Of a stretch of DNA of 64,000 nucleotides, positions 17,883-28,200 are shown one piece after another. The notes beneath the pieces are model-generated. The model made no database searches. It was not told the DNA's origin and saw nothing but the letters and a program-made list of their open reading frames with translations. The position numbers and the translations under genes are program-made. This DNA comes from an uncultured Candidatus Sumerlaeota bacterium (GTDB lineage: Bacteria > Sumerlaeota > Sumerlaeia > MVZB01 > JAJFLK01). Location: assembly GCA_964463045.1 (NCBI GenBank), contig CAYXAU010000013.1:2188-66187 (forward strand), written 5' to 3'. Numbering within the stretch: position 1 is the stretch's first letter; each line of letters opens with the position of its first letter.

Positions 17883-18767
17883 ATGAGTTTTACCCCGCGA
17901 TCCCCGCGCCCGCCCTCGCCCGACGTCGTCAACGTGGCCAGCGTGCCGCAGCGCAGCCCGTTCCGCTATCCCGGCGGCAAGAGCTGGCTGATTCCCCGGT
18001 TCCGGGCCTGGATCCGCTCGCTCGCGAGCCGTCCGGCGCTGCTCGTCGAGCCCTTCGCCGGCGGTGGTGCGATCGGCCTGACGGCGGCCATGGAAGGGCT
18101 CGCCGAGAGGGTCCTCCTGGGCGAACTCGATCCGGACGTGGCCGCCGTCTGGCGGACGCTGCTGGAGGGAGATTTTAACGCCCTCATCGACCGGATCATG
18201 CGATTTGAAATGAGCCGATCGGAGGTGATCAAGGCGGTCGATCGCCCCACGCGGGACGATCTCGACCTCGCCTTCCGCACGCTCCTGCGCAATCGCGTCC
18301 AGCGCGGAGGCATTCTGGCCCCGGGGGCGAGTCTGATCCGCACCGGCGAGAACGGCCGGGGGATAGCCTGCCGCTGGTATCCACAGACGCTGGCCCGGCG
18401 CATCCGGGCGATCGCTCAGGTCCGGGACCGCCTTCGGTTCATCGAGGGGGACGGGTTGGAACTGATCGCGCGGTTCGAGACCGACCCCGGCGCGGCTTTT
18501 TTTATCGACCCGCCCTACACGGCCGGCGGCAAACGGGCGGGCCGGCGGCTCTACGCGTTCAACGCGTTGGATCATGAGCGGCTTTTCGCCCTCCTGGCCG
18601 CGGCCCGGGGCCCCGCTCTCATCACCTATGACGACGCTCCGGAGCCGCGCGCGCTCGCCCGCCGTCACGGGTTCGCCGTCCGGCGCGTCCCCATGGCCAA
18701 CACGCACCACTCGCGACTGGTCGAGCTGCTGATCATGAAAGCGGAGCCTCGGGCGGATCGCCCCTAA
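17883..18767 (+). CDS. Orphan DNA N6-adenine methyltransferase (Dam/D12 class)
   Basis: SPFRYPGGK, VEPFAGGG (motif I), FFIDPPY (motif IV); alternative start at 17829. Confidence 0.85.
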   Translation: MSFTPRSPRPPSPDVVNVASVPQRSPFRYPGGKSWLIPRFRAWIRSLASRPALLVEPFAGGGAIGLTAAMEGLAERVLLGELDPDVAAVWRTLLEGDFNALIDRIMRFEMSRSEVIKAVDRPTRDDLDLAFRTLLRNRVQRGGILAPGASLIRTGENGRGIACRWYPQTLARRIRAIAQVRDRLRFIEGDGLELIARFETDPGAAFFIDPPYTAGGKRAGRRLYAFNALDHERLFALLAAARGPALITYDDAPEPRALARRHGFAVRRVPMANTHHSRLVELLIMKAEPRADRP

Positions 18768-18798
18768 GGCTTGGCTCAGGTTTGCTTTCCTGCACGGC

Positions 18799-18819
18799 CA
18801 AACCCCGCGGGGGAGTTCG
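18799..18819. repeat. Degenerate REP-like hairpin (family B), between convergent genes
   Basis: CAAACCCCGCGGGGGAGTTCG resembles the copy at 3231-3249. Confidence 0.35.
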
Positions 18820-18854
18820 CTCCGGGGCCAGGGTCGGACCGCGCCCGAACGCGT

Positions 18855-19406
18855 TCAGGGTTCCGAACGCAGCGGAGGCAAAGGAGGCGGCGTCGGCGAG
18901 GGCGTCGGCAAAGGGAGGAGTTCCTCCTGGCTCGGTAGCGTAAAGCCGCGCCCCTCGGCCACGGCCCCCGGCAAGCTGGTTTCGTAGACGATCGCCGTCC
19001 CGCGCATGAAATAAAGGGGATAGCGGCCCTGCTTGAGCGCCGGGAAGGGGGTCCTTTCGTCGATCGTGTAGCCTCGGACGCGCTTGGTCATCAAGCGCAC
19101 GTCCTGGACGGCGTCGGCCCCCAATCCCCGCGCCCGTTGGCGGAGCTCTTCAAGCTGCCGCACGCGCGTGGCGTCGTCGTCGTCGGGGTAGCCGGAGCTG
19201 TCGATGACGGCGATTTCGCGGTGGGGGAGCTCGACTTGGCCGACGTAGATTTCGACGGGATAGATCGACGGGCGGCGCTTATAGGCCGTCGGGTCGAGCC
19301 GCTTCATCCGTGGCCCGCTGCAGGCCGCCAGCGCGACGGCGATGAGCCAAGCTCCGCCGGACCGCGCAACCCGATTCGGATAAAACCATGGGGACCGGGT
19401 GATCAT
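18855..19406 (-). CDS. Lipoprotein with YbjQ/RcsF-like domain
   Basis: Lipobox ALAAC; LEELRQRARGLGADAV..V..GTAIVY pattern. Confidence 0.65.
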   Translation of the reverse strand: MITRSPWFYPNRVARSGGAWLIAVALAACSGPRMKRLDPTAYKRRPSIYPVEIYVGQVELPHREIAVIDSSGYPDDDDATRVRQLEELRQRARGLGADAVQDVRLMTKRVRGYTIDERTPFPALKQGRYPLYFMRGTAIVYETSLPGAVAEGRGFTLPSQEELLPLPTPSPTPPPLPPLRSEP

Positions 19407-19503
19407 CCGTTCGCCTCGCCCTTCCAACGCCGGCTCCACGATTAACAGTCGCCCGCTCAATCGGCAACGGGGAACTGCGGCGGGCGACGGCTCCGGCGAC
19501 GGG

Positions 19504-19532
19504 CTGACAGGACCTCCCGCCTCGTCTAAGCT
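19504..19532 (+). promoter_or_regulatory. sigma70 promoter of the ABC transporter pair
   Basis: CTGACA-N17-TAAGCT, ending 12 nt before the ATG at 19545. Confidence 0.5.
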
Positions 19533-19544
19533 GGTCCGAGAAAG

Positions 19545-20399
19545 ATGGCCTCACCGGAAGCCAACGTCCCTCCTTTCCTTGAAGCGCGCGACCTGGGGTT
19601 TCGGTACCCGACGGGGCCGGACGTTCTGGAGGGGGTGAACCTGCGGATTCAGCCCGGCGACTGCGTCGGCCTGATCGGGCCCAACGGGGCGGGCAAATCG
19701 ACGCTCCTGCACTTGCTGGCGGGGCTGCTCCCGCCGACGCGCGGGACGGCCTGCCTCGAAGGCCGGCCGGCGGCCCGCCTCGATCCGCGACGGCGCGCCC
19801 GCCGGCTGGCGTTGGTCCCCCAGGCCTCGCGCGTGTTGTTTCCCTACCGTTCGGGCCAGATCGTCGCGATGGGGCGCCACCCCTGGCGGAGCGTCTTCGG
19901 CGAGCCCACCCCCGCCGACCGGCAGCAGATCCGCTGGGCCATGGAGGTGACCGGCACGGCGGGTTTCGCCGATCGGCTTTTCAGTCGGCTCTCCGGCGGC
20001 GAGGCTCAACGCGTCCTCCTGGCCCGAGCCCTGGCGCAGGGGACGCCGGGGCTTCTTCTGGACGAGCCGACCGCCTCCCTCGACCTCTATTATCAGGCGG
20101 CGCTGTATGGCCTGTTGGAGCGCCTCACGGCCGAGCACGGCCTGACGGTGCTCGTTGTGACCCATGACGTGAATCTGGCGGCGGAGTATTGTCCGCGGCT
20201 GGTGGGTCTCCGGGCCGGACGCGTCCTGATGGACGGCCCGCCGGAGGCCCTCCTGCGTCCGGAGCGGATCGAGGCGCTCTACGGCGTGGCCGCTGACGTG
20301 ATCGAAAGCGCGGGGGTCCGGTTCGTTCGGGTCCGGCATACGCCCGCGGCCCGCGATTCCCTCAAGAGGCGGGCGGACGATGGCGACGCCCGGCACTGA
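19545..20399 (+). CDS. ABC transporter ATP-binding protein, iron-siderophore/heme/cobalamin type
   Basis: GPNGAGKST, LSGGEAQR, LLDEPT, VTHDVNLA. Confidence 0.9.
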   Translation: MASPEANVPPFLEARDLGFRYPTGPDVLEGVNLRIQPGDCVGLIGPNGAGKSTLLHLLAGLLPPTRGTACLEGRPAARLDPRRRARRLALVPQASRVLFPYRSGQIVAMGRHPWRSVFGEPTPADRQQIRWAMEVTGTAGFADRLFSRLSGGEAQRVLLARALAQGTPGLLLDEPTASLDLYYQAALYGLLERLTAEHGLTVLVVTHDVNLAAEYCPRLVGLRAGRVLMDGPPEALLRPERIEALYGVAADVIESAGVRFVRVRHTPAARDSLKRRADDGDARH

Positions 20400-21465
20400 G
20401 GTCGGGTCGAGCCCCGGGACGGCCTTCCCCCGCCGGAGCGTCCTCGGCTGGGCCGTCGGCCTGGCCGCCCTGGCCGGCGGCATTCTTTTTGCCCTTCGGA
20501 TCGGCGGCGGGGCGATCGAGATCACCTGGGCGGAGGTTTTCCGTTGGGCGCTCGGCGGGGAGATCGATCCCACGCGGGCGCAGGCGTTGGCGACGTTGCG
20601 GCTGCCGCGGGCGCTGATGGCGGCCGTGAGCGGAGCGACGCTGGCCACGGCCGGCGCCGTCTATCAGGCGCTGCTGCGCAATCCGCTGGCCGAGCCTTAT
20701 ACGCTGGGGGTTTCCGGCGGGGCGACGTTCGGGGCGGTCGTGGCGATCGCGCTGGCGGGGCGACTGGGGCCGGCCGGCGCCGCCTGGCTCTCCTTGCCGG
20801 TGGTCTCGGCGGCGGCGCTGGCCGGGGCCGGGACGGCGATCGTCCTCGTTTACATCCTGGCGCGCTCGGCGGGGCGGTTTTCATCCTCGACGATCATTCT
20901 GGCGGGCATAACGCTCAATCTGGTCTTTGCCTCGCTGATCCTGCTCGTCGAATACCTGGCCGATTACACGCAGGTCTACGAGATGATCCGCTGGATGATG
21001 GGGGGGTTGGATATCGTCGGTTATCGGGACTTTCAAATCGTGGGCCCGGTGGCGGCGATCGGGCTGGCGACGATTTTTCTGGCCGTTGGCGAGCTCGATC
21101 TCCTGGCGGTGGATCCGCTGGCGGCGGCGACCCTCGGGGTGCGCGTGGAGCGCGCCCGGTGGCGGCTCTTGCTGGCGGCCTCGCTGATGACCGGCTGCGT
21201 GGTGGCCTTTGCCGGGCCGATCGGCTTCGTGGGGCTGATCGTGCCGCACTGCGTCCGGATGGCGCTCGGAGCGCCGCACGGGCGCGTGATGCCAGCCTGC
21301 GTCGTCGCCGGGGCGCTCTTCCTGATCGCTTGCGACACCTTGGCGCAGAACGTCCTGGGGGACGAGGAGCTCCCCGTCGGCGTGATCACGGCCATGCTCG
21401 GGGGGCCGTTCTTTGTGTTTCTGCTCTTCCGGCACGCCCGCGCCGGCCCCGGCTGGGGGGATTAA
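20380..21465 (+). CDS. FecCD/BtuC-family ABC permease
   Basis: LRLPRAL, RNPLAEPYTLGVSGGA, AATLGV, GPIGFVGLIVPH, ELPVGVITA.LGGPFF. Confidence 0.9.
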   Translation: MATPGTEVGSSPGTAFPRRSVLGWAVGLAALAGGILFALRIGGGAIEITWAEVFRWALGGEIDPTRAQALATLRLPRALMAAVSGATLATAGAVYQALLRNPLAEPYTLGVSGGATFGAVVAIALAGRLGPAGAAWLSLPVVSAAALAGAGTAIVLVYILARSAGRFSSSTIILAGITLNLVFASLILLVEYLADYTQVYEMIRWMMGGLDIVGYRDFQIVGPVAAIGLATIFLAVGELDLLAVDPLAAATLGVRVERARWRLLLAASLMTGCVVAFAGPIGFVGLIVPHCVRMALGAPHGRVMPACVVAGALFLIACDTLAQNVLGDEELPVGVITAMLGGPFFVFLLFRHARAGPGWGD

Positions 21466-21525
21466 TGGCCGGCCTCGGAGCGGCCGAGCCTTTGGGCCTT
21501 TCCCGTTGGTCGGGCGGCCGGGAAA

Positions 21526-22611
21526 TCAGACTTCGGTTCCGTTGTAGAGCGAGGCGACGGCGTCGCCATAGCCGTTATAGAGGAGCGTCGGGCGGCGGTC
21601 GCTCTTATCGGGGATCATCCACTCGAAGGCCTGGCTCCAGCGCGGGTGCGGGACGTTGGGGTTCACGTTGGAGTAAAAGCCGTATTCGGTCGGTTGAAGG
21701 TCGTTCCAGAACGTTCGGGGCTGGGTCTCCGTCAGCTCGATCCGGACGATCGACTTGGCCGACTTGTAACCGTACTTCCAGGGGACGATCACTCGCACCG
21801 GCGCGCCGTGCTGCGGGGCGAGCGCGTGACCATAGATGCCCGTGCAGAGGAGCGTCAGCTCGTTCATCGCTTCATCCATCCGCAGCCCCTCGTAATAGGG
21901 CCACGGATACCAGGGGGCGGACTTGACGCCCAGGAGCTGACGGTCGAGCCAGCTCACGAAGCGGACGTAGCGGGCCTCCGGTTTGGGCTGGACGGCCTCC
22001 AGCAGTCGAGCCAGCCGATAGCCGGTCCAGGGCACCGCCATCGCCCAGGCTTCGACGCAGCGGAAGCGATACAGGCGCTCTTCCAGCGGAGCGAGCTTCT
22101 CGATCTCGTCGATCGAGAGCGTCTGCGGCTTCTCGCACAATCCGGCGATCTCAACCTGCCACGGGCGGAAGGGGTAACCCTTGGCGAGGTCAGCGACCGT
22201 GCGCTGAAAGCCGGGCCCCTGCTGGCCGTTGGCGAATTCGTAGAAATTGTTGTGTGTGCCGGCAACGGCCTCGGCCGTCAGCGGTCGATCCAATTGATTG
22301 AATCGGGAGCTGCGCTCGGCGGGATAAAGACCGGGCGCGGGCTCCGGCGGAGCCGGCCGCGCCGCCGAGTCCGACGCCTGCGGCGCCCCCGACGAACGCG
22401 GCTGAGCCTCGGCCTGCGGACCGCCGCAGCCGAGAAAGCCCCCTCCGGCCAGGGCGGCGGCGGCCGAGCCGGCCTTGCGCATGAAGGCCCGACGCGATTC
22501 GCTGTCCTCGGTGCGGGTTCGTCGCCGCGCGTGGTAATTCTGGTAAAGGCTCTCCGGCGTGGCCAGCCGCTCGGGGATCCACCAGCCGGGGCGTATAATC
22601 AGGTTGGCCAT
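21526..22611 (-). CDS. msrP: Protein-methionine-sulfoxide reductase catalytic subunit MsrP (YedY), Tat substrate
   Basis: RRAFMR Tat motif, HNNFYEF, RFRCVEAW, YYEGLRMDEAMNEL, QHGAPVR..VPWKYGYKS.KSIV, EYGFYSNVNP.V.HPRWSQA. Confidence 0.92.
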   Translation of the reverse strand: MANLIIRPGWWIPERLATPESLYQNYHARRRTRTEDSESRRAFMRKAGSAAAALAGGGFLGCGGPQAEAQPRSSGAPQASDSAARPAPPEPAPGLYPAERSSRFNQLDRPLTAEAVAGTHNNFYEFANGQQGPGFQRTVADLAKGYPFRPWQVEIAGLCEKPQTLSIDEIEKLAPLEERLYRFRCVEAWAMAVPWTGYRLARLLEAVQPKPEARYVRFVSWLDRQLLGVKSAPWYPWPYYEGLRMDEAMNELTLLCTGIYGHALAPQHGAPVRVIVPWKYGYKSAKSIVRIELTETQPRTFWNDLQPTEYGFYSNVNPNVPHPRWSQAFEWMIPDKSDRRPTLLYNGYGDAVASLYNGTEV

Positions 22612-22671
22612 GGCTTGAAGCGACTCCCTTCCCGGCGACGGGCCGTCGCCGCCGATTGACGCGCAGGCTTC

Positions 22672-22700
22672 AGTCTACGCCGGGCTCCGGCCGTTGGCAA
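22672..22700 (-). promoter_or_regulatory. sigma70 promoter of msrP
   Basis: Minus strand TTGCCA-N17-TAGACT. Confidence 0.6.
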
Positions 22701-22839
22701 TGACGACCGGAAGCTTTGAAAGCGTTCGAAGTGCGCGGCGCGAAGGGAGCTAAGGCCCCGAAATCGGTCGCGAAAGGGGCGCGACCGGAAAGGACCAAGG
22801 GCTTTGCATTCGCCGTCGGCTGGGGCAGGATTCAGGGTC

Positions 22840-23418
22840 ATGAGGTGGCCCGCGCTCGCGCTTCTTGCAACCGGCTTGCGATGGGCCGGAGGGCTGCTGG
22901 CGGCCGGCGGGCTGGTCGCCCGCGGCTTTTCCGATGCCGACGCGCCGGCGAGCCAAGGCGTCCGCCAGCGGGGGGCCACGTCGGACCGGATCGAGACCAT
23001 CGAGCGGGAGCTGAGCCGATGGGAGGAACAGGAGCGAATCCTGCGCGGTGAAGTCGAAGCTCGGCTGCAAGAGATGGGGGCCGCCCGGCGGCGGCTGGCC
23101 GAGGAGGTGGCGGCGCTCCGGAGCGGGCTGTCGGGAGCGGAACCAGCCCCGAACGAGGAATCGACCGACCCGGCGTCGGCCGTCGGACCTGAACGCGCGC
23201 TTCAGTCGAGTCTGCCGGGCCGGGTCGCGCTGGCGGCGGTCGCTCTGGGGGCGATCGTGGCGCTGGCGGCGTTGGCCTGGCGCCGCTGGACATCGGCCGG
23301 GGCGCCGGCGGGCACTCCACCCGGCGGCACGACTCGCCTCACGGGTCCGCGGCAGGCGGAGCCAGAACGCACCGAGGCCGGCCTCCCTGCGCAAGAGGCT
23401 GAGCAATCCCCTGAATGA
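22840..23418 (+). CDS. Hypothetical membrane protein with coiled coil between two hydrophobic segments
   Basis: N-terminal hydrophobic stretch, IETIERELSRWEEQERILRGEVEARL coiled coil, C-terminal TM. Confidence 0.5.
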   Translation: MRWPALALLATGLRWAGGLLAAGGLVARGFSDADAPASQGVRQRGATSDRIETIERELSRWEEQERILRGEVEARLQEMGAARRRLAEEVAALRSGLSGAEPAPNEESTDPASAVGPERALQSSLPGRVALAAVALGAIVALAALAWRRWTSAGAPAGTPPGGTTRLTGPRQAEPERTEAGLPAQEAEQSPE

Positions 23419-23493
23419 AACTCTGCTCTTGGGTGTTAGCCCTGAGGCCCGGCGCCCCGCTGCGGGCCTCACGATGAGGGAGAGCCTCCGCCG

Positions 23494-24201
23494 ATGCCAT
23501 CGGAGAATCCGCCGCGCGCGTCCGAGGAGCTGGAGACGCCGCCGGGCGTGGTCGTGCTGATGAGCGGGGGGTTGGATTCGGCGGTGATGGCGGGTTTGGC
23601 GGTCGAGGCCGGCGAGGTCGTTTGGCCGCTCTACGTGCGGCAGGGCTACCTCTGGGAAGCCGAGGAGCTGACGGCGGCGCGGAGCTTTCTGGCGGCGCTG
23701 CGCCCGCGCGATGGACGGCTGCATCCGATCGTGACGGGCGAGCTTACGTTCCCGCAGGCCGCCCGACCGGATTGGGCCGTCAGCGATCAGGCGGAAGCCC
23801 CCGGCCCGGATTCAGCCGATTCGGCCGTTTATCTGCCGGGCCGAAACCTCGCTCTGCTGGCGCAAGCGGCGCTGCTGGCGCGCGCCCACGGGTTGAGGCG
23901 CATCCAATTGGGGATTCTCAAGGCGAACCCTTTCCCGGACGCGACGGAGAGCTTCCGGCGAGCCTTCGAAGCCGCCGCCGGCCTCGCCATCGGGTCGCAG
24001 GTGCGGGTGGAAACGCCGCTGGCGGCCTGGGACAAGGCCGAGGTCATCCGCCGGGGGGCCGGTTTGCCGCTGGCGGCGACGCTTTCCTGCCTGCGGCCGC
24101 GCGGCGGGGCCCATTGCGGGCGGTGCAATAAGTGCGCCGAAAGGCGGCGGGCGTTCGCGCGGGCGGGCGTGCCCGACCCGACAAGCTATGCCGGGCCCTG
24201 A
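23494..24201 (+). CDS. queC: 7-cyano-7-deazaguanine synthase (QueC family)
   Basis: LMSGGLDS PP-loop, YLPGRN, SCL...HCGRCNKC zinc site. Confidence 0.8.
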   Translation: MPSENPPRASEELETPPGVVVLMSGGLDSAVMAGLAVEAGEVVWPLYVRQGYLWEAEELTAARSFLAALRPRDGRLHPIVTGELTFPQAARPDWAVSDQAEAPGPDSADSAVYLPGRNLALLAQAALLARAHGLRRIQLGILKANPFPDATESFRRAFEAAAGLAIGSQVRVETPLAAWDKAEVIRRGAGLPLAATLSCLRPRGGAHCGRCNKCAERRRAFARAGVPDPTSYAGP

Positions 24202-24288
24202 AGGGAGGACCGCCGCTCCCTTCCCCCGGCCGTCGTCCGCGTTTCGAACGCCGGCGGCGGCGGGGAGACTCCCCCAAGGGGCGGGAGC

Positions 24289-24999
24289 GTGATGGACGCC
24301 CCAGACCGCGGGGAGAAGTATGCCGCGATTTTTTTCGACGTGGGGGGGACGTTGCTGCGGGCGAACCCGTCGATCGGCGCCGTTTACGCCGAGGTCGCCG
24401 CGCGCTATCAGATCGACGTCCAGGCCGAGGCGGTGGAACGGGCGGCGCGGCGGTGGTTCCACAAAATGCGGGAGGAGGAACTCGCCGAAGGGACGCAACA
24501 CACGACGTCGCTCGAGCGGGCGCGGCGGTGGTGGCGGCGGCTGGTGCGGCTGAGTTTCGGCGCGGCGGCCGATACGCCCCGGTTTGATGACTTCTTCGAG
24601 GCCGTGTTCGATGAGTTCGCCCGGCCGGAGCGGTATCGGACGTTTCCGGAAGTGCCGGCGACGCTCGCCGGGCTCCGGGCCGCGGGGTATCGGCTGGGGA
24701 TCATCTCCAACTGGGACGCGCGATTGCGCCCGATCCTGGAAGGGCTCGGGCTCGCCGAGGCGTTCGATCCGATTCTGATCTCGGGCGAGGTGGGGGTGGA
24801 GAAGCCCGATCGAGCGATTTACGAGCTGGCGCGCCAGCGTCTCGGGGCGCGCGACGGGGCGCCGCTGCTGCAAGTGGGGGATCATCCGCGTGACGACGTG
24901 GCGGCGGCCCGAGCGGCGGGGTTCGAAGGCCGTCTCGTCAATCGATCCGCCGGCCAGACGCTGGCGACGACGCTGGCCGACCTGCTCCCGCCGGTGTAA
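24289..24999 (+). CDS. HAD-IA family hydrolase (REG-2-like)
   Basis: FFDVGGTL, ISNWD, VEKPD, VGD...D. Confidence 0.88.
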   Translation: MMDAPDRGEKYAAIFFDVGGTLLRANPSIGAVYAEVAARYQIDVQAEAVERAARRWFHKMREEELAEGTQHTTSLERARRWWRRLVRLSFGAAADTPRFDDFFEAVFDEFARPERYRTFPEVPATLAGLRAAGYRLGIISNWDARLRPILEGLGLAEAFDPILISGEVGVEKPDRAIYELARQRLGARDGAPLLQVGDHPRDDVAAARAAGFEGRLVNRSAGQTLATTLADLLPPV

Positions 25000-25100
25000 C
25001 TTTTTGGCGGGGGGGGCGCGGAAACTCAACGGCGTCAGCCGCGCCGACCCGAGGTGACCGCCGGTGCCCCACGGTGGGGCCGATCAACTCTGGAGGGAGA

Positions 25101-25201
25101 ATTAACCGCCGAAACACAAAGACTTGAGGAAGTCTGCATCTCCATAATCTTCAACCTGATTTCCCACGTCGATCTTCCTTGTGTCTTTGCCTCGTGCTGG
25201 T
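25101..25201. repeat. Palindromic intergenic element, family A
   Basis: Left arm ATTAACCGCCGAAACACAAAGACTTGAGGAAG; right arm CTTCCTTGTGTCTTTGCCTCGTGCTGGT; low-GC core. Confidence 0.6.
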
Positions 25202-25210
25202 CGTCTTCCG

Positions 25211-28200
25211 ATGCCGTCGCCCAAGATCGAGTTCTGGCTAGGTCGGGCCGGCTCCGGCAAGACGCAGGCCTGCGTCGAAGCGATCGCCGGGGAGCTGCGC
25301 CGCGCGCCGCGCGGGACGCCGTTGATTCTTCTCGTCCCCGAGCAGGCCTCAGCGCAGATGGAATACGCGCTGGCTACGCCGCCGGGCGTGGCCGGCTTCA
25401 CGCGCGCCCGCGTGATGTCGTTCAGGCTCCTTCAGGCCGAAGTCTTTCGCCGCGTCGGGGGCCGTCCCGCGCGTTGCCTGGACGAGCGGGGGCGGGTGAT
25501 GCTGTTGCGCCAGGCGATCGCCCGCTGCCGGAGCCGCCTGTGGCTGCTGGGGGGGCGGTCGGCCGGGCCGGGGCTCGCCGAAGCCGTCAGCCGGACGCTT
25601 CGGGAGCTCCAAGAGAGCGGGTGGGGGCTGAGGGAGTTTCGGGCCCGGCTTGAGGCGCAGGCCGGCGGCGACGATCCGGGCGGGGGCGGCTTCGCGAAAC
25701 TCTCGGACCTCCTTACGATCTGGGCGGCTTACGACGACCTCTTGGGGGAAAAGGGGCTGGCCGAGGCGATCGAGTTGCCCTCCGTCGCGGCCGAGCGTCT
25801 GGCCGAGTGGGGTGGCGTCGCCGACGCTCAAGTCTGGGTGGATGGCTTTGCCTCCTTCACCGCGGCCGAATTCAAACTGTTGATGGCGCTCCTCGGGGGG
25901 GCCCGGTCAGCGGCCCTTACGCTCTGCCTCGACCCTGAGGATCAGACCTTCAGGCGGCGACAATCGGGAGCGGCGACACCGGCCGAGGGGCTCGTGCGGG
26001 TCGGGCCGGAGCGGGTTTTTGAGGAAATCGAGAATCATTACTTTCACCTCAAAGCCCGAATTCAGCAGGCCGGGTGGCCGACCGTGGACATCAGCTTTCC
26101 CCGGCGGAGTCATCCGACTCGCGCGGCCCACGTCACGCCGTTGAGCTTCCTGGAGGCGGAGGTCCTCACGCGCCTCAACCCCAGCCGCTTTCCCGATGCG
26201 GATCGGCCGGAGGGGGCCGCGCCGGTCTGGCCCGTCGGACCGATCGAGCTCGTCGAGGCCGCGGACCGTCGGGCCGAGGTCGAAGCGATCGCCCGGCGGA
26301 TCGCCGCCCTGGTGGCGGCGTCGGCTGAGCCGGGGTCGCGCCCGTTGCGTTGGTCGGATATGGCCGTCGTCGCTCGGGACCTGACGGAGTACGGGCCGCT
26401 GGTCCGAGAGGTCTTCCCTCGGTTCGGGATTCCTTTCTTCCTCGATCAGGGGCGTTCGCTGGCCTCGCATCCGATCACCCGCCTGCTCACGGCGGCTCTG
26501 GCCCTCGTCGAGGGGCCGACGCGGACGGAAACGGTGAGCCGATATCTCAAGAGTGGGCTCGTCCCGCTGGCGGACCCCGAAGACGCCGCCCGGCTGGAGC
26601 GGCTGGCGCGACGGCGACGGCTGACCGGGTCCGACTGGGGGAACCTCCGGCGGTGGGTCGGGCCGCGCCATGGACAGCCGGGGCCATCCACCAAGGAGGA
26701 GGTCGAGGCCGAATGGCTCTTCCAAGTCTGGGCCGAGGCCTGGGCCCCGGTTGAGGCGCTGGGCGCGGCGCTCGCGGCGCTGGAGGCGGGCGACGGGCCG
26801 ACACAAGCCGACGGAGCCCCCGGAGGCGCGGCCGAGGCGGGCTCATCGCCGGCGCGGGCGCTCTGGGCGTTCCTGGAGCGGCTGGGGGCGCGCCAGAAGC
26901 TGGAGCAATGGGTCGACGAAGCCCTCCAGGCCGGCGAACCCGAGGCGGCGCTCCTTCATCAGGAGGCCTGGGCCGAGCTGGTCGCCTTCCTGGAGCGATT
27001 GGAGGAACTCGGTCTGCCGGGGCCGGTGCCCGCCGCTGGGGCTGGGTCCGATTCAACCGGGGCGGTCCCCTCGGCCGAGGGCCTCGTCGCGACGTTGACG
27101 GAGGCGCTCGCCGGGGCGCTTTCGGCGGCGCGGGCGCGCTTGATCCCGCCGGCCGTGGAGCAGGTGATCGTGGCCTCGGTGGAGCGCTCGCGGCTGCCCA
27201 ACGTGCGCGTGGCGTTCGTGCTCGGGCTCGCCGAAGGGGAGTTTCCGCGAACCCAGGAAGAGGATCCGCTTCTGAGCGACACGGAGCGGGAGGCGCTCGG
27301 GACGGCGCAGCAGACGCTGGGGCGACATCGGACGGCGCGGCTGAATCACGAACGTTATCTGGCTTATATCGCGCTCACGCGACCGTCGGAGCGGCTCGTG
27401 CTGACTCGGCCCATGGCGGATAGCGGGGGGCGCCTGAACCCCCCGTCGCCGGTCTTCCGCGCCGTCGCCGAGGCGTTCCCCATGGCCCCCCGCGGGACGC
27501 CGCTCCCCTCGGCAGCGAATCTCGCGCCCGTGCTTCCGGAGGAATGGGGCCGGATGGTTGTTGAAGCCTCTCATCGGGCCCGGGCCGGGATGAGCCCGGC
27601 GGTCATCGGCCAAGCCCTCGCCGGGCCGCATCCGCTCTGCGCGGCGCTTGAGGGGCCGGCGGCCGATGCGGCACGGCGCCGGATCGAGCGCACGATCGCG
27701 GCGCTGGATTGGCCGCCCAGGGGGAACCTCGAGCGAGAACTGGCGCGGGCGTTCTGGAGCGAGCGGCCCCGGCTGGCGGTGACGGCGCTGGAGACGCACG
27801 CGGCCTGTCCTTTCAAGTTCTTCGCCTCGAACATGCTGCGGCTGGAGGAACCGGCGGAGCCGCTGCCGGGTCCGCTGGAGATGGGGCAGGTGCGGCATCG
27901 GTTGCTCGCGGCGTTGTTTGCGAAGCTCAAAGGGGCGGAGGGGCTCGATTGGGGAGGCGTCGACCTCGCCGAGGCCGACAAGGCGATCGACGAGGCGGCG
28001 GCGGAAATTCGGGCCGACCTCCTGGGCGGCAGCCTGGGGGCCGACGCCCTGACCCAAAAACTCGTCGAATTCGTCATCGCGGAGATGAGGGTGTTGCTGC
28101 CGGCGCTCAAGGAGGTCGGGCGGCGCAGCCGGCTGCGGCAGGTGGAGGCTGAGGGCCCTCTGGCCGGAAGTCTCGTTTTGGACGCCGGCGAGGGACTCGC

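Noticed and set aside
19440-19545. Cobalamin-riboswitch-like words (AACGGGGAA...GACAGGACCTCCC) upstream of the FecCD-type ABC genes
   Set aside because: The core CCCGCnACTGT motif is missing, and the likely promoter (19504-19532) lies downstream of most of this sequence, leaving only a few nt of leader.
23494-24201. QueC as part of a defence or DNA-modification system (Qat, Dpd)
   Set aside because: No qatABD, dpdA/tgt-like or nuclease neighbours; it has the size and motifs of an ordinary QueC.
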